In this document: positions 1 through 12,975 of the stretch, piece by piece
How positions within the stretch are numbered: position 1 is the first letter of the stretch
Layout of the letters: every line of letters begins with the position of its first letter
Assembly: GCA_951406725.2 (NCBI GenBank)
Contig: OX597815.1
Span: forward strand, 210,180,001 to 210,244,000
Direction: 5' to 3'
Length of the DNA: 64,000 nt
Source: Octopus vulgaris
Lineage: Eukaryota
The notes under the pieces: generated by a model
Databases searched by the model: none
Seen by the model: the letters and a program-made list of their open reading frames with translations, nothing else
What the model was told of the DNA's origin: nothing
Made by a program: the position numbers and the translations under genes

Positions 1-334
1 TAAACTCTGAGTTGTAACAATGACCACATCTTTCGAACTAACTCGAAAACTTACGGAATCTTTTTCATTTATACCCGGCTTCAGTATTTGTAAATTGAAG
101 AAATATATGAAGGGGAAATTCCAGATTTTTGGTAATGTCGGTGATAAGGATTAGACAAGTTATCGCAGGCAACTAGTGTGTAAGGGTTTACATGAATAAC
201 CTCTTATGAAAGTACACATGTTACGCACGGTGGGAGCTGGTAGGTATCATCGATCTCAGTACTTGACTTGTTCATTACTTTATCGACACTAAAAAGGTGA
301 ACGACAAATATGAGCGTAGTAGTATGTGAATCTA

Positions 335-629
335 CAGGATGTCCACAAAGTCTGGGTACATGGAGTAAATAAAATCATAACATAAAGAATTAAATATAAG
401 AAATAATAATATCTTAAAGTATGTGTTAATCCCATGTGGGAACATGGAGTAAATAAAATCATAACATAAAGAATTAAATATAAGAAATAATAATTTCTTA
501 AAGTATGTGTTAATCCCATGTGGGAACATGGAGTAAATAAAATCATAACATAAAGAATTAAATATAAGAAATAATAATTTCCTAAAGTATGTGTTAATCC
601 TCATGTACCCAGACTTTGTAGACACCCTG
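335..629. mobile_element. Tc1/mariner-type MITE with ~28-bp TIRs and TA target duplication
   Basis: The left end CAGGATGTCCACAAAGTCTGGGTACATG is the near-exact reverse complement of the right end CATGTACCCAGACTTTGTAGACACCCTG. TA flanks both sides (333-334, 630-631). Confidence 0.8.
358..600 (+). repeat. Tandem repeat, 84-bp unit, about 2.9 copies, inside the MITE
   Basis: ACATGGAGTAAATAAAATC... starts at 358, 442 and 526; the units are nearly identical. Confidence 0.95.
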
Positions 630-832
630 TAGAATGTGAAAACTAACAAGAAATCCCACAGGGCATTTTGTCCACTATTTGAATTACCTTGGCAATTCAC
701 TCACTCTCAAATAATGCAAGGGAAATCATTTATAACTCATTCTACCTAACATTCTCATTGCTAATCTCATCGTTGCTGTCTAACAGTCGTTTACCGTATG
801 TAATATGATGTCAACGTATGTCGACTGAGAAA

Positions 833-990
833 GAGGTAAGCTAGCATAATCGTTAGCACATCGAACAAAATACTTAACAGCATTTCGTCTGTCTTTACGT
901 TCTGAATTGAGACGAGCCCAAGTTTGCCTTTTATCCTTTCGGGTTCGATAAAACAACTATCCTTTCCCTATATTTGTAGGCCTTATGCCA
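833..990 (+). mobile_element. Degraded SINE family A copy
   Basis: Diverged match to the 7410 copy (gctagcataatcgttagcac...tttgccttttatcctttcgggttcgataaa). Confidence 0.6.
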
Positions 991-1373
991 ACATTTTGAA
1001 ACCAATATATACCAGCTGGGTCTGTTATTCTACAATGCATTCATTTTCTCTCAGACTTGCAAATAGCAACCGCATCTCGATCTAATGAAACGTCACCCTA
1101 TTTGGAAAAGAATATATTGTCCAATATAATTCCTGATGCACAAAGGATGGGATAGTGAGAACTAGAACACTTATCGTAATAACTTTGATCAGTGTTGGTG
1201 TATAGTTAAGCAGCAACCAAACAAATTTGGAGCCAATGAGGGGAACCTTCTGTGCGGAAATTGTATCTGCTTAGCAATAACCGTTAAATTATGCTCCAGA
1301 GACACCCTAGTGTTTGAATAAGGAAAGGAAGCATAGGACACATGGACATATAGAGAACAGAGAAAATAACTTA

Positions 1374-1721
1374 TCTTTATATATAAAAGTCAAGTTGTGT
1401 GTCTGTCTCCTACGATTTAGATTCCTAACTACTCCCACATTTTGCGGTGCAGTTTAACCAAAAACCGGGTATCTTATAGTCGTGATTTATATCGAGCCCT
1501 TCTGGGTATTAGCGCGCGTCTACGATGAGTCCACGATTTAAAAGAAAATTTACCATCAATTTTTCCCATTTTTAATGCATTTTTGGCATATATAAGGGAA
1601 GCAACTCTCTAAAAATGTATTATTAAATCTCAGAACGTAAAAAGCTACAGTAACACCCTCCCCCTTTGCTTATATAGTTATTTCCTTTACAAACCCGAGC
1701 AACGCCGGGCGATACTGCTAG
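1374..1721 (+). mobile_element. Non-autonomous Helitron, copy 1
   Basis: 5' A|TC start, 3' GC-rich hairpin CCCGAGCAACGCCGGG then CTAG|T. Closely similar to 23517-23911. Confidence 0.85.
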
Positions 1722-2659
1722 TATATCATAGAAACTATAAGAAAACCGTCTGATGTGTTTCTCCTAGTAAAACAATTAATAAATACTAACAAAAGCACAA
1801 TAGTAAAACTATTTAGGGACCGTATAGTCGATCATAGATATAATATTACATGTACTTAATATATATCTAGCTGTAAAATCTAGAACGTAACGTGAAGCAA
1901 ATGGTGATGAGGAGGGGGAGGAAGTGAAGGAGAAAGATTTTAATTTATTATAATAATGACAAAAGTGATCATACTTTGGGATGTGCCAATACATACGAAA
2001 AGTGAGATGAAAGCTAATCGATCAGATTTTGTTGCCTAAGACGACTAAGGAATGAGGAAAATACTCGTCGTATCAAAATCCGAGTTTGTATCTACAAAAG
2101 AAATCAAGAAATTATCCATTGTAGGCTAAAAAAAAAAAATTAAAAATTAAGAAAGAAATAGGCTGCATGGTAATATCTGCACAGGGAATAACAAATAAAA
2201 TATACTGAAAAATAAATTGTTCAGATCCCAGTACACACAAGTATGAAGAATGCAGAGAAATGACACTACTAGAATTAGCAAATACATATTACGTGCAGTA
2301 CAGTAAAAACAATGAAACAATACAAATGGTACATGAAATATTATATTATTGTCATGCCATCTCCTAATTTTAGCAAAGCTGCAAACAGTTATTTTCACTA
2401 CCATTCTGTGGATTTCTTAAGAATGAATGGGCATTGAATTACGGTGCTGCACAGGCAAGACATTCACTTGAGTGGTCAATTGTATACACTTGTAACTATT
2501 TCGGTGATAGTCATTTATATAATATGTAGAGCTCGAAGCGAAAAGTTATCCGTCACAGCTTCCCAGCGAAAAAATCTCAGATTTTAGACCGGTGTATGCA
2601 TAAAAAGCCTCAATGACATTCATACAGACAAATATACATATGCATATATATATATACAT

Positions 2660-2698
<39 letters not shown>

Positions 2699-2742
2699 CT
2701 CACACACACACATACTCACACTCACACATATAAATCCACACA

Positions 2743-2957
2743 CAGGAGTGGCTGTGCGGTAAGTAGCTTGCTTACCAACTACATGATCCCGGGTTCAGTT
2801 CCACTGCGTGGTACCTTGACCAATTGCCTTCTGCTATGGCCTCCGGTCGACCAAAGCTTTGTAAGTGGATTTGCTAGACGGAAACTAAAAGTAGCCAGTC
2901 GTATGTATGTATACATACATACATATATATGTATATATATATATATATGTATGTATA

Positions 2958-2993
<36 letters not shown>

Positions 2994-3159
2994 TGATGTC
3001 TGTCCCGCCTTCATCGCTTGACAACTGATGGTGGTATGATTACGTGCCCGTAACTTAGCGGTTCCGCAAAAGACCGTTAGAATACGTCCTGGCGTCGATT
3101 TGCTCGACTTAAGGCGGTGCTCCAGCATGGCTGTAGTCAATTGACTGAAACAAATAAAA
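2743..3159 (+). mobile_element. tRNA-derived SINE family B (CORE-like) with internal microsatellite
   Basis: A-box-like TGGCTGTGCGG, B-box-like GGTTCAGTTCC, and 3' tail GCGGTGCTCCAGCATGGC...GACTGAAACAA. Six more copies occur in the window. Confidence 0.85.
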
Positions 3160-4837
3160 TGATATAGACACGCAAACACACTCATATATATATATAAAAT
3201 ACACATATAGATATGTATGTATGTGTGTGTGTGTGTATGCATGGATGTGTGTAGATAGGAATGCCCGGCTTCCCTCACAGCCTCACTTTTGGTGTCATCG
3301 AATGAGGCTCTACTGATAGGCACTTTAGATTTCGCTCTGCTTGATTGAACCTGGAACTACTTGTTCGGTAGGTGAATTTCTTAACCAATAGTCCATTTCT
3401 ACTCGTGAGATTAATTATTTAATTCACTTTTGTATGAATACAACACAAAATCAATAATAAAAAATATAGTGAAGCACATGTTGCGTTAGTGTTGAAACTG
3501 AAATTCATTAAGTTGTTTATCTCATTCTTAATTCAATGGTTTTATATATCCTGCTCTCCAAGAAAATACTAATCAGTAAATAGACTTACACTTAAGCGTT
3601 TTTGGCATCTTTTCGAAGCATGAATGCCCAATGCAACTTCGTTGTCGATAATGTAAAATTTATGACAAATATCAATGAAGCCATTTTCAAAAATAATTTA
3701 CCCGACTTTAGATTAAATCATTAAAATAATCTTTTTTATAATTATGAACACCATGTAAGCTCTTTTATAATATTCTGTAAATATTAATTCTATACAAGAT
3801 CTGTCATTATACTCTGTAATTATTAACACTGTGTAATATATGAAATATAATATGTAATGTAATGAAATATGTGTAAAAAATATGTAAAAAATATATACAT
3901 ATGTAATATAAAATGAAGTATATTATGTAATATAATATTTTGTAAATATTAAGTCTATGTAATCTCTACCATAATATTATGTAATTATTAACGGTTTAGC
4001 ACAAGTTCATGTTTTGCGAAAATAATAAGATTTACATCGTATGAAATATAAAAAGTCTGCAACAACTCATATGGATTCCATGGAACTGTTTTCACATCTA
4101 TCAAAAGCAGGAAACAAAGCAAAAAAAAAAAAATGAATTAGAAGCAATCGGTTATAGTCAAACACCATAAAAAGAAAAATTATTCTTAATTTGGAAAAAG
4201 CATAGTGGAATCAATTGTCTCACATAAATAGCTTCCCTTGATTAAATAAATGTAATAAGAGGGAAAAAAAATTCGATATATTCGGGAAATTAGTCAACAG
4301 ATTTTCAATGTGTATTAAAAGATTGAACATTATTTAAAGTTACATCATGTTGCAGGAAATATTTGGCTTTAATACTTTAATATCTATTTCAGTCTAACAC
4401 AATGAGAGAAAAAAATTTTTTAAAACCCGTATCTTGTGTAGAATGATTAAAGCCATAGATAAAATTTCGAAACTTTCAGATTGATGTTAAGAATTATACG
4501 TATATGTACGAGCGCTGGTCCTTTTAGGCATTTCCAAACTATGATGTACAAACATGTGTGTGTGTCTGTGGGGGGTTGCGTGTGGGCATATCTGTTTATC
4601 TATAATTCTATTTTGGAACTGGTTTATATCTGCATATAATGTTCTTAATAAAAGGATGTAAATTTTGTGTCGAAAACCAATCTGGATAGAAGGAGTCTGA
4701 GACTGCCCTGGAAATCTAAAGCAAATCTCCTGGAGACATGACATGCATTCCATATTAGTACCAAAGCAATGCTTCGAATTTTCAATCTCTGCCTCTCTCT
4801 CCCTCCCCTCTCTCTCTCCCCCCTCTCTTTCTCTCTC

Positions 4838-6449
4838 TCTATATATATATATATATTATATAATAAAACGGATGTGTTTGTGTGTACAGGCCTTTTACTT
4901 GCCCCCTTTAAAATTAGTATTTTTCATCCGATTTCATTCACACTGGGAACATAATTACTCATTATGTGGATTTACATCGTATGATGTAACTTTTCATAGT
5001 TAAATAACAAATATTAACGATCGTTGCTTCGAGGGACATTATTCTTGATGACGTAGTTATGTTACTTTCACTTCGCCTTCTACTAGTTTTTAGAACGCCC
5101 ATTCACTGCAAACCGCCGATATTTGCACAGTATCCCTTCCTTCAGGTAGCTGCGCAATTTAAATCAACTTTTAATTATTTTTTAAATGCCTTCAGAAATT
5201 GATCTATATTATATATATTCTCTGCTTTTTCTCATATAAAGTTGTGATAGTTGTGACAATTTTTCCAATGCCCATTCACTGCAAACTACCGATATTTGCA
5301 CGTTAGCGCTTCTTTGTGGTAGCCATGCAATTTTAATCAACATTTAATTATTTTTTAAATACCTTAAGACTATGTTTAGCCAGAATGCCATAAAGCTCAA
5401 ACGTCTCAACCCACCCACTTGACCCCTTTTTATCTTCAGTTTGCAGATAACCCTGTATTGCCACCTAGGAGAAAGAGAGCTCGCATTGGTAGACTGTCCC
5501 ATGCTGCCTTCAAAGATTATATCGGGATAGCAAAACTCAAGACCAGAGGTCCCACAGACTATCCCAGCAGGCTGCGGGCGATGCCGCTGCCCCTATAGTA
5601 AACGCATCTGCAACTTCTGCAACCGTTATGGTTTCAAAGTCCGTCATGCTGCAACTATTGCTATTGCCGGGCTACCGAATCATCTCAAAACCGGACTATT
5701 CCGTTGGCATGTCTTGGAACAGGTAGCAAGGGCTACTGCATCACCTCAACAACGGACTATCCAGTTGGTGCGTCTTGCCAAACATGCATCAGATGCAACA
5801 GCTGATGATATTTACAACCGCACACAGCCCGAAAAAAGCTTAATTCTGAAACTACTGCTGCTGCAAGGGCTTCACAGTCACCACAACAACGCACAGCCCG
5901 TAGGGCACGTAATGCTATTACTACTGCAGCGGCAAGGGCTGCAGAGTCACCAGCGCAGCGCACAAATCACGAGAAACGGATGAACAAAGGAAAATGCGAC
6001 TTCAAACCAATGCAAACTTGAAAGGTCTGCGAAAGGCCATTTCAAAACCATCGGTCGGTTGGTGGGCGTTTTATCACACATGGCTTTCATTGAAAAAAGC
6101 TTCGATGCAGTTGTGTCAGGCATTACGAGTAAAATAACTACATGTCACAAATAACTACATGCTACAAAACGCTACGGGTAAGATATAGGATCCCTAATGC
6201 TTACTGCTATTTCATGGACGTTCATTTATCACTAACTGACAAATTTTTCTTCCAAAAACTTTATTTATTACCTAGGTTGCTTAATACCATACAATAAACT
6301 GCTAACGAAATTGGTAATTATGTAATTATACATTTTACATTCATCAACTTGAAACGACTCCTAACTGCGAGCTAATTCAACTTGAACCGTCCAAATCGTT
6401 GCGCCATTATAATAGATTACACCGTCCAAAGGACGGGTGCATTTCGTAG
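4838..6449 (+). mobile_element. Internally deleted Helitron (~1.6 kb) retaining a RepHel N-terminal repeat remnant
   Basis: 5' TCTATATA...ATAATAAAACGG start. 3' hairpin CCGTCC-AAA-GGACGG (6422-6436) followed by CGTAG|T. Internal STPR-like peptide repeats. Confidence 0.65.
5720..6010 (+). pseudogene. Frameshifted STPR-like repeat fragment (Helitron RepHel N-terminus)
   Basis: Translations across frames give ARATASPQQRT, AARASQSPQQRTARRARN, AARAAESPAQRT and SRETDEQRKMRLQ. Confidence 0.55.
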
Positions 6450-6528
6450 TATATATATATATATATATATATGTATTGTTTTGGGATTTGGTTTGCAAGA
6501 TTCTTTATATGAGTTCGTGTGTTGAAGC

Positions 6529-6657
6529 ATATTCTGTTGTGTCAGGGGAGAGTCATTTTCATTTTCTTTTTGTGCCTTATAATGTAACAGACTCACCGGT
6601 CAAATTTCCACTGTTTTACAAAAAGAAAATGGACTCTTCCCAGACACAACAGTATAT
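6529..6657. repeat. Inverted repeat (~40-45 bp arms) in a segment bounded by (TA)n, probably a PLE remnant
   Basis: 6529-6573 is reverse-complementary to 6618-6657. Confidence 0.7.
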
Positions 6658-6685
6658 TTATATATATATATATATATATATGAAC

Positions 6686-6758
<73 letters not shown>

Positions 6759-7276
6759 TATATTTGTATGTGCGTGTATTTATACTTAATGGGAGAGAGT
6801 AAATGAGTGAGAGAGATAAAGAGAGAGAGAGAGGATGACAGAAAAAGTGAAAATGTGTATATATATGTTTTGGAAAACTTATATAGAAATCTAAAGTTTT
6901 TTTCTGGAACTACAATGAAAAGAATATGCATTATAATGAAGACAGCAAATATGAGAATAAAGTAGAAAGCCAGGATAGTCGCAAAATTTCATAGCTTAGG
7001 TGTGAGAGAAAGTGAATGAAAGAATTTTTGCATGGAGTGCAAATTTTCATATCAGCATTTATAAGTATTGACATTCACGTTAAGGCAATGTGATGACAGA
7101 TAATCAATTCACCATCATAAAACATGATGTAAAATATTGGCAAATATATATCTGTACACACACATACACACACACATTTGTGTATGTATGTATGCGCAGA
7201 TATGCATACATATATGTAGATGGATATATACGTGAATATGTATAAACTTACATATAAATATATGTATATATACACA

Positions 7277-7333
<57 letters not shown>

Positions 7334-7369
7334 TTATAGGTTCATATACATATGCATATATAGACATCT

Positions 7370-7409
<40 letters not shown>

Positions 7410-7412
<3 letters not shown>

Positions 7413-7640
7413 GAGAGCTGGCAGAAACGTTAGCACGCCGGGCGAAACGCGTAGCCGTATTTCGTCTGCCGTTACGTTCTTTGTTCAAATTCCGCCGAGG
7501 TCGACTTTGCCTTTCATCCTTTCGGGGTCGATAAATTAAGTACCAGTTACGCACTGGGGTCGATGTAATCGACTTAATCCTTTTGTCTGTCCTTGTTTGT
7601 TCCCCTCTGTGTTTAGCGCCTTGTGGGTAGTAAAGAAATA
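7410..7640 (+). mobile_element. tRNA-like SINE family A, tail type 1
   Basis: Head GCGGAGAGCTGGCAGAAACGTTAGCAC, B-box-like GTTCAAATTCC, central GCCTTTCATCCTTTCGGGGTCGATAAATTAAGTACCAG, tail ending TAAAGAAATA. Inserted in a (TG)n tract. Confidence 0.9.
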
Positions 7641-7654
7641 GGTGTGTATGTGTG

Positions 7655-7702
<48 letters not shown>

Positions 7703-7804
7703 TGCTTGTGTGTGTTGAAATACACTTCTGACAAATTATAAATTCTGAAGTCCATATAAAATGATCTCGCTAATGGTAAAATATGTAAATACACCTTTAT
7801 CATT

Positions 7805-7908
7805 AGCCTAGTACTTATTCTATAGATCTCTTTTGCTGGACGCTACGTTACAGGGAAGTAAACACACCAGCATCGGTTGGCAAGCGATGTTGGGACACAC
7901 ACACACGC

Positions 7909-7973
<65 letters not shown>

Positions 7974-8125
7974 CATATATATGACGACCTTCTTTCAGTT
8001 TCCGTCTACCAAATCCAGTCACAAGGTTTTCGTCGGCTCGAGGCTATAGGTGCAATGCAGTGCGACTGACCGCGGAACCATGTGGTTTATAAGCAAGCTA
8101 AATACCACACAGCCACTCCTGCGCC
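7805..8125 (-). mobile_element. SINE family B, partial
   Basis: Reverse-complement match to the 2743 and 44397 copies. Confidence 0.8.
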
Positions 8126-8142
8126 TATATATATATATATTA

Positions 8143-8382
8143 ACTATTTTTATCAAGTCTTTCTTGAACCTGTCCATGTGTGGCCGTTCATATCTGTTAA
8201 GATAGCCAGTCCGTCGTCTCAATACAGCGCCGACCTATGTGGGTGGGTACGTCTCTTGAGGGTATCCAGCTTTGAGGGTATCTAGCGATTTCAGCCCCGT
8301 CAAAGCTCCCCATAGATACATCGAACAATGGATCGCCTTCTTTCTTCACCCACAAGGAATCGTCGTGGACCAGAGTGGTCAT
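8143..8382 (-). pseudogene. Penelope-like element reverse transcriptase fragment
   Basis: [22 protein letters not shown] (the MGS motif), then LY*DDGLAILTDMNG (YRDD with a stop in place of R, 8213-8224) and MDRFKKDLIKI. Frameshifted; flanked by (TA)n. Confidence 0.75.
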
Positions 8383-8483
8383 CTTGATATGAGATATTTT
8401 GAACTATATATACATATACATACATACATACATACATACATACATACTTACATACATACATATATATATATATATATACATAC

Positions 8484-8596
<113 letters not shown>

Positions 8597-8612
8597 TTCT
8601 TATGTTTCTACT

Positions 8613-8669
8613 GGAATTCTGTCTCTGAAGAGCCCAGAACAGGGTGAAATCCCATGATCTAACAGTTCC
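8613..8669 (+). ncRNA. Candidate type I hammerhead ribozyme
   Basis: CUGAAGA core (8625-8631), stem II GCCC/GGGU, GAAA (8646-8649), stem III AUC/GAU with an AUC cleavage triplet, imperfect stem I CUGU/ACAG. Confidence 0.55.
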
Positions 8670-9109
8670 GGCAGCCATAACAGACGGTTCTCAATTGTCA
8701 ACAATATAAATACGAATGCTTTTATGCTCCTCGAATGATTATGAGAGGTGCTGTCAAGGTAGATGATACAGTATTATGTGTAGTAGCACAATATCCACGT
8801 AACGCTGGAGAAATGATTATCTTTTCGGATTATTTCTGCTTCTGTCGCTATTGATTATTTCATGTGCACATGTCTATACTTATTCAGATTTTATATATAT
8901 AATTGTAAGATAGCACAAATGTATCCTCCAACTAACATTAGTTAAGTTACTTATTTAGAACATACGCACGTTTTCCCCACTATCATAATCACTTTCTTCA
9001 GCACAAACAATAAACACGATACACAGTCTCTCACATTGTGTCCCGAATATTATGAGATGAAACTGAAATTCTACACATCCTTACGAAGTTTCATCTTTTA
9101 TTTTATATC

Positions 9110-9327
9110 TTTTAATTCTCTTAGGCATTAGACTGCAGTCATGGTGGCGCACCGTCTCGAAAATTTTTTCAGTCGAGTGAATCGGCCCCATTATTTAGAT
9201 TTTGTTCAGCCTTGTTCTTATTCTATCATCTCTTTAGCCGAACCGCTATGTTACGGAGACGTTAAGACACTAACACAGGTTATCAAGCGGTAATGAGGGA
9301 CAAACAGAGATACGAAGATACAGACAA

Positions 9328-9380
<53 letters not shown>

Positions 9381-9530
9381 ACGTGTTCCCGTCTATCAAA
9401 TCCAGTAATCAGGCTTTGGTCGACTTGAGGGTATAGTAGAATGCACTTGCCTAATGAGCACACAGTAGGACTGAACTGGGAAGCATGGGTTTGGGAAACA
9501 AGCTTCTTACCACTCAGCTACGCTTGTGCC
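9110..9530 (-). mobile_element. Diverged SINE family B
   Basis: gactgcagtcatggtggcgcaccg...ggctttggtcgacttgagggtatagtagaa...ggactgaac. Confidence 0.7.
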
Positions 9531-10189
9531 TATGTATACTTGTCTAGAAATTTATATATGTTTTCCCTATATCTTACACGACATATAATCATTACTCTGT
9601 CCTGTAAATATTTCGTCCTGATTTTATCTATCGTTTCTAAAATGGTACTGATATGGTCATAATATTAGAATGCTGATTTATAAGACTTGTTCGAAAATGC
9701 TCAATCTTTGGAATCTGCGTCGCAACAATCAAATGCCGCGTATTGTGATTGTAGTACGTTTAGCTCCAGTCCCTTTAACAGCTGCATTGCAGTTCACCCA
9801 TGATTCAATTGTTACTGAAGCTCAATGATGAATGATATGGAGTAGTAAAATATTTATATGAATTTTTACTTCAAATTACTACTCGAGTAAACACTTAAAA
9901 AAGAAAAAAACTCTTATAAAGGTTACTGGTGTTGCAATAGACTACGGACAAGATTCTTTGACATGTAACCTTTCTTAAAAATGATACTAACGTTTTAGAT
10001 CGGAAGCAGCAGCTGCGGAATATGACCGCCTACTCTGGATGACTACGTCTGAAAACAGACAAGAAGTCCATTGTAAATGTGCGTAATGCTATTCAGGATA
10101 AATGTCATATCGCCACCGAGCTTTCTCGGAAAATTTCTATGTGAAAGGCAATAAAAAGAATAACAATAATCATAATATTGGTTTCGCAT

Positions 10190-10390
10190 TCAGGCACAAG
10201 GCCCGGTATTTCGAGGGAAGGGAGTAAACCCATTATTTCGACCCCAGTGTTCAACTGGTGCTGATTTTATGCACCTCCAAAGGATGAGAGGCAAAGTCGA
10301 CCTCTGTGGAGCTTGAACTCGGAATTTGAAAACGGACGGAATGCCGCTAAGCATTTCGCCCGGCATGCTAACGATTCTGCCAGCTCGCCA
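10190..10390 (-). mobile_element. SINE family A, tail type 2
   Basis: ggcaaagtcgacct...gcatttcgcccggcatgctaacgattctgccagctcgcc. Confidence 0.8.
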
Positions 10391-10479
10391 CTAGAAGAAG
10401 ACTAGGAATATTAACCACAAAATCATGAGAGCGAGAGATAAGTTAACACATGAGACAAAATGTTGTAATTGTTGTGTAC

Positions 10480-10614
10480 CCGACAATTATCCACCCTGAA
10501 ATGCTGAAAGGCAAAGTCAACCTCAGTGAAATTCAGACTCAGAACGTAAAGCCGGAGAAAATGTGGTTAAGTTGTTTTTTCCGGCGTGCTTGCTATTCTG
10601 TCACTTCACTGCCT
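10480..10614 (-). mobile_element. Degraded SINE family A 5' part
   Basis: gaaaggcaaagtcaacctcagtgaaattcagactcagaacgtaaag. Confidence 0.65.
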
Positions 10615-12666
10615 TAGATCATCTAACATTACTTGCTAGTTATATTTCTTATCGCTTGGTTAATAACATTTTGTTATAAAACTAACATGTCTGTTATTAG
10701 GACTGACAGATGTTATCAATAGTGCATACAGGCCATGCAGCATGGAATCTCCGCAGATATTACGTAAAAATTGAATTACCTTTTACCATAGATCAATATT
10801 TTCCAATCATCTTCCAAAAAATATCGACTCTTGGATTTCAAACTAAAATCATCGTCCTAATATATATATATATATATACACATACATATATACATACAAA
10901 CATGCATACACTCATACATACATACAAACATGCATACACTCATACACACACACTCAGAAACACACACACACACATGCGTACACTGGGCCTGCGAAATTTA
11001 TGTCACGCATTCATTTTAAAGCAACTAAATTTATGTTGATAGTTATGTAATAATCTTTTTGTAACCCCTACCTTTTATTGATTTTTCCTTCTATCTACTT
11101 GGTTTTCTGTCCCTGTTTTTACTTCTTTTTACTTTTATCGTGGTTTCTGTTTTGTCTGGTCTAAACGCTTGGTTAGTTATTCTGTACTAAAGCCTGTGCT
11201 TTCTTTCGTGCTTTCTTTCTTGTCCTTTCTGTTTAGTCAATTCTCTTTCATCTTGTATATTCTTTCTTCGTCAAAAAAACAGATTTGTGATTTGTCGGCA
11301 TTAGTCTACTTCTAACACAAGCCTCTTCATCGTTTTTCTTTCTTCTCTAGTCATCTCTCCTCTCTTTCTTTCAATCACTTTCATTTGTATCTTCGCTTTC
11401 GATCACAAAGCTTTTCTGCTGATCGCTGTTTTAATCTGACCTTTGCTATAACCTATTTCCTCTGTCTTTCTGCTGTTTTTATACGTCCTTTAAAAATAGA
11501 CTTACTGCTATAACATTTGCATTTCACCACACCTTTTTCTGAAGAAAGAATTCGGCAATTCAACACTTCCAGCTTGATTCTATTAATGTATCATGTTTAC
11601 ATGCTGATGATAATTTCTAATTGTTCGATGTGAATTTCTGTATCAGTATGCACACCATTTTGTTTAATTACATATTATTACGTCAATAAATCATGAAAAT
11701 TTTGAGTGAGTTATAAAAGATTTCAAGGACTATATTTTTTCCCCGAATATATTCCTGCGTTTTGGTGAAGGATCCTTGCAAAATACACACTGTCACTTAT
11801 GTGCACTTCGACATCGTTTGTCTCAAATTCAATATTCTTCAGCTTCGGAGGTAACAGCTTAAATTCTGACGAGTGCACCATTTACCAAAGGCTCAATTTT
11901 TACCATTTTTGTTTTGCAATCTCTTCTTGTCCCTGGTTAGGACCTGATATTTTGAAAATTTTCTCACTTTTTTTTTATATCAACTCTACTGTCATATGGC
12001 ATCACAAAGCTAATGATCTTGTTTCTTCCTCTCTTTCATTGACGAACCAAGTTTCCTTGCTATAGTATTATCAGGTTCTACAAAGAGACTCCATGAAATT
12101 CTATACTTATCTTTCTCCAACAGGGCCTCTGCTCGCGTCCGTACTTTTTCTTGATTTCAAACTAACACTCATAGGTAACAGCCTAATGTAATCCTTTACT
12201 GATGCAGTTGTGTCTGTGCTCATGCTTTATTTGTGTCAGCTAACAATTCTTGTTTCGAATATGGTTAACACTTTCATCCTGTCCGCTGAGCGACGGAATT
12301 TTACCAGACTTTTGTTTTATTAAATCCATTCTTTTGGCTTGTACTTGAGTGTCGGTTATTAGCGATTCAGCTTCCCATACTTTATTTGTAACTCTCAGCC
12401 AAAACTATCGTTTTCCACTTTTATTGTATGAATATGCCATGTGTTTTCTTCTTTCCCAACTATTTATCCTGCAGTTTTCTTTTCTATTCTTGAATTTTGT
12501 TTCCTTGTTCCAGCAAATTCTTTGATATTTTAACTATAAACATTCGTTGTTTTGAGATCACTGTTATTCCAAACCCAAAATCGAAGCACAGGTAATGTAT
12601 TCTGCATTCATATATCCCTGTCCCATTAACTTATTAGCAAATAGAGCCTATCTATTTCAGTCTTTC

Positions 12667-12699
12667 ATCATCACCATCATCATCACCACCACCACCACC

Positions 12700-12751
<52 letters not shown>

Positions 12752-12777
12752 CCACCACCACCACCACCACCACCACC

Positions 12778-12811
<34 letters not shown>

Positions 12812-12819
12812 TCATCACC

Positions 12820-12887
<68 letters not shown>
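12667..12887 (+). repeat. Compound (CAT)n/(CAC)n microsatellite
   Basis: Direct inspection. Confidence 0.95.
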
Positions 12888-12975
12888 TAACAACAACTAC
12901 AACAACTTCCTCCACCTCCTCTTCATCTTCATCGCCATTCTCGTCGTCGTTGATATTATTATTATTATTATTATT

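Noticed and set aside
358-600. CRISPR-like array
   Set aside because: The units are contiguous with no unique spacers, there are no cas genes, the context is eukaryotic, and the repeat lies within MITE TIRs.
11040-12400. Very old R4-like retroelement ORF on the minus strand
   Set aside because: Purine skew and faint peptide resemblance only; no motif is clear enough to support a call.
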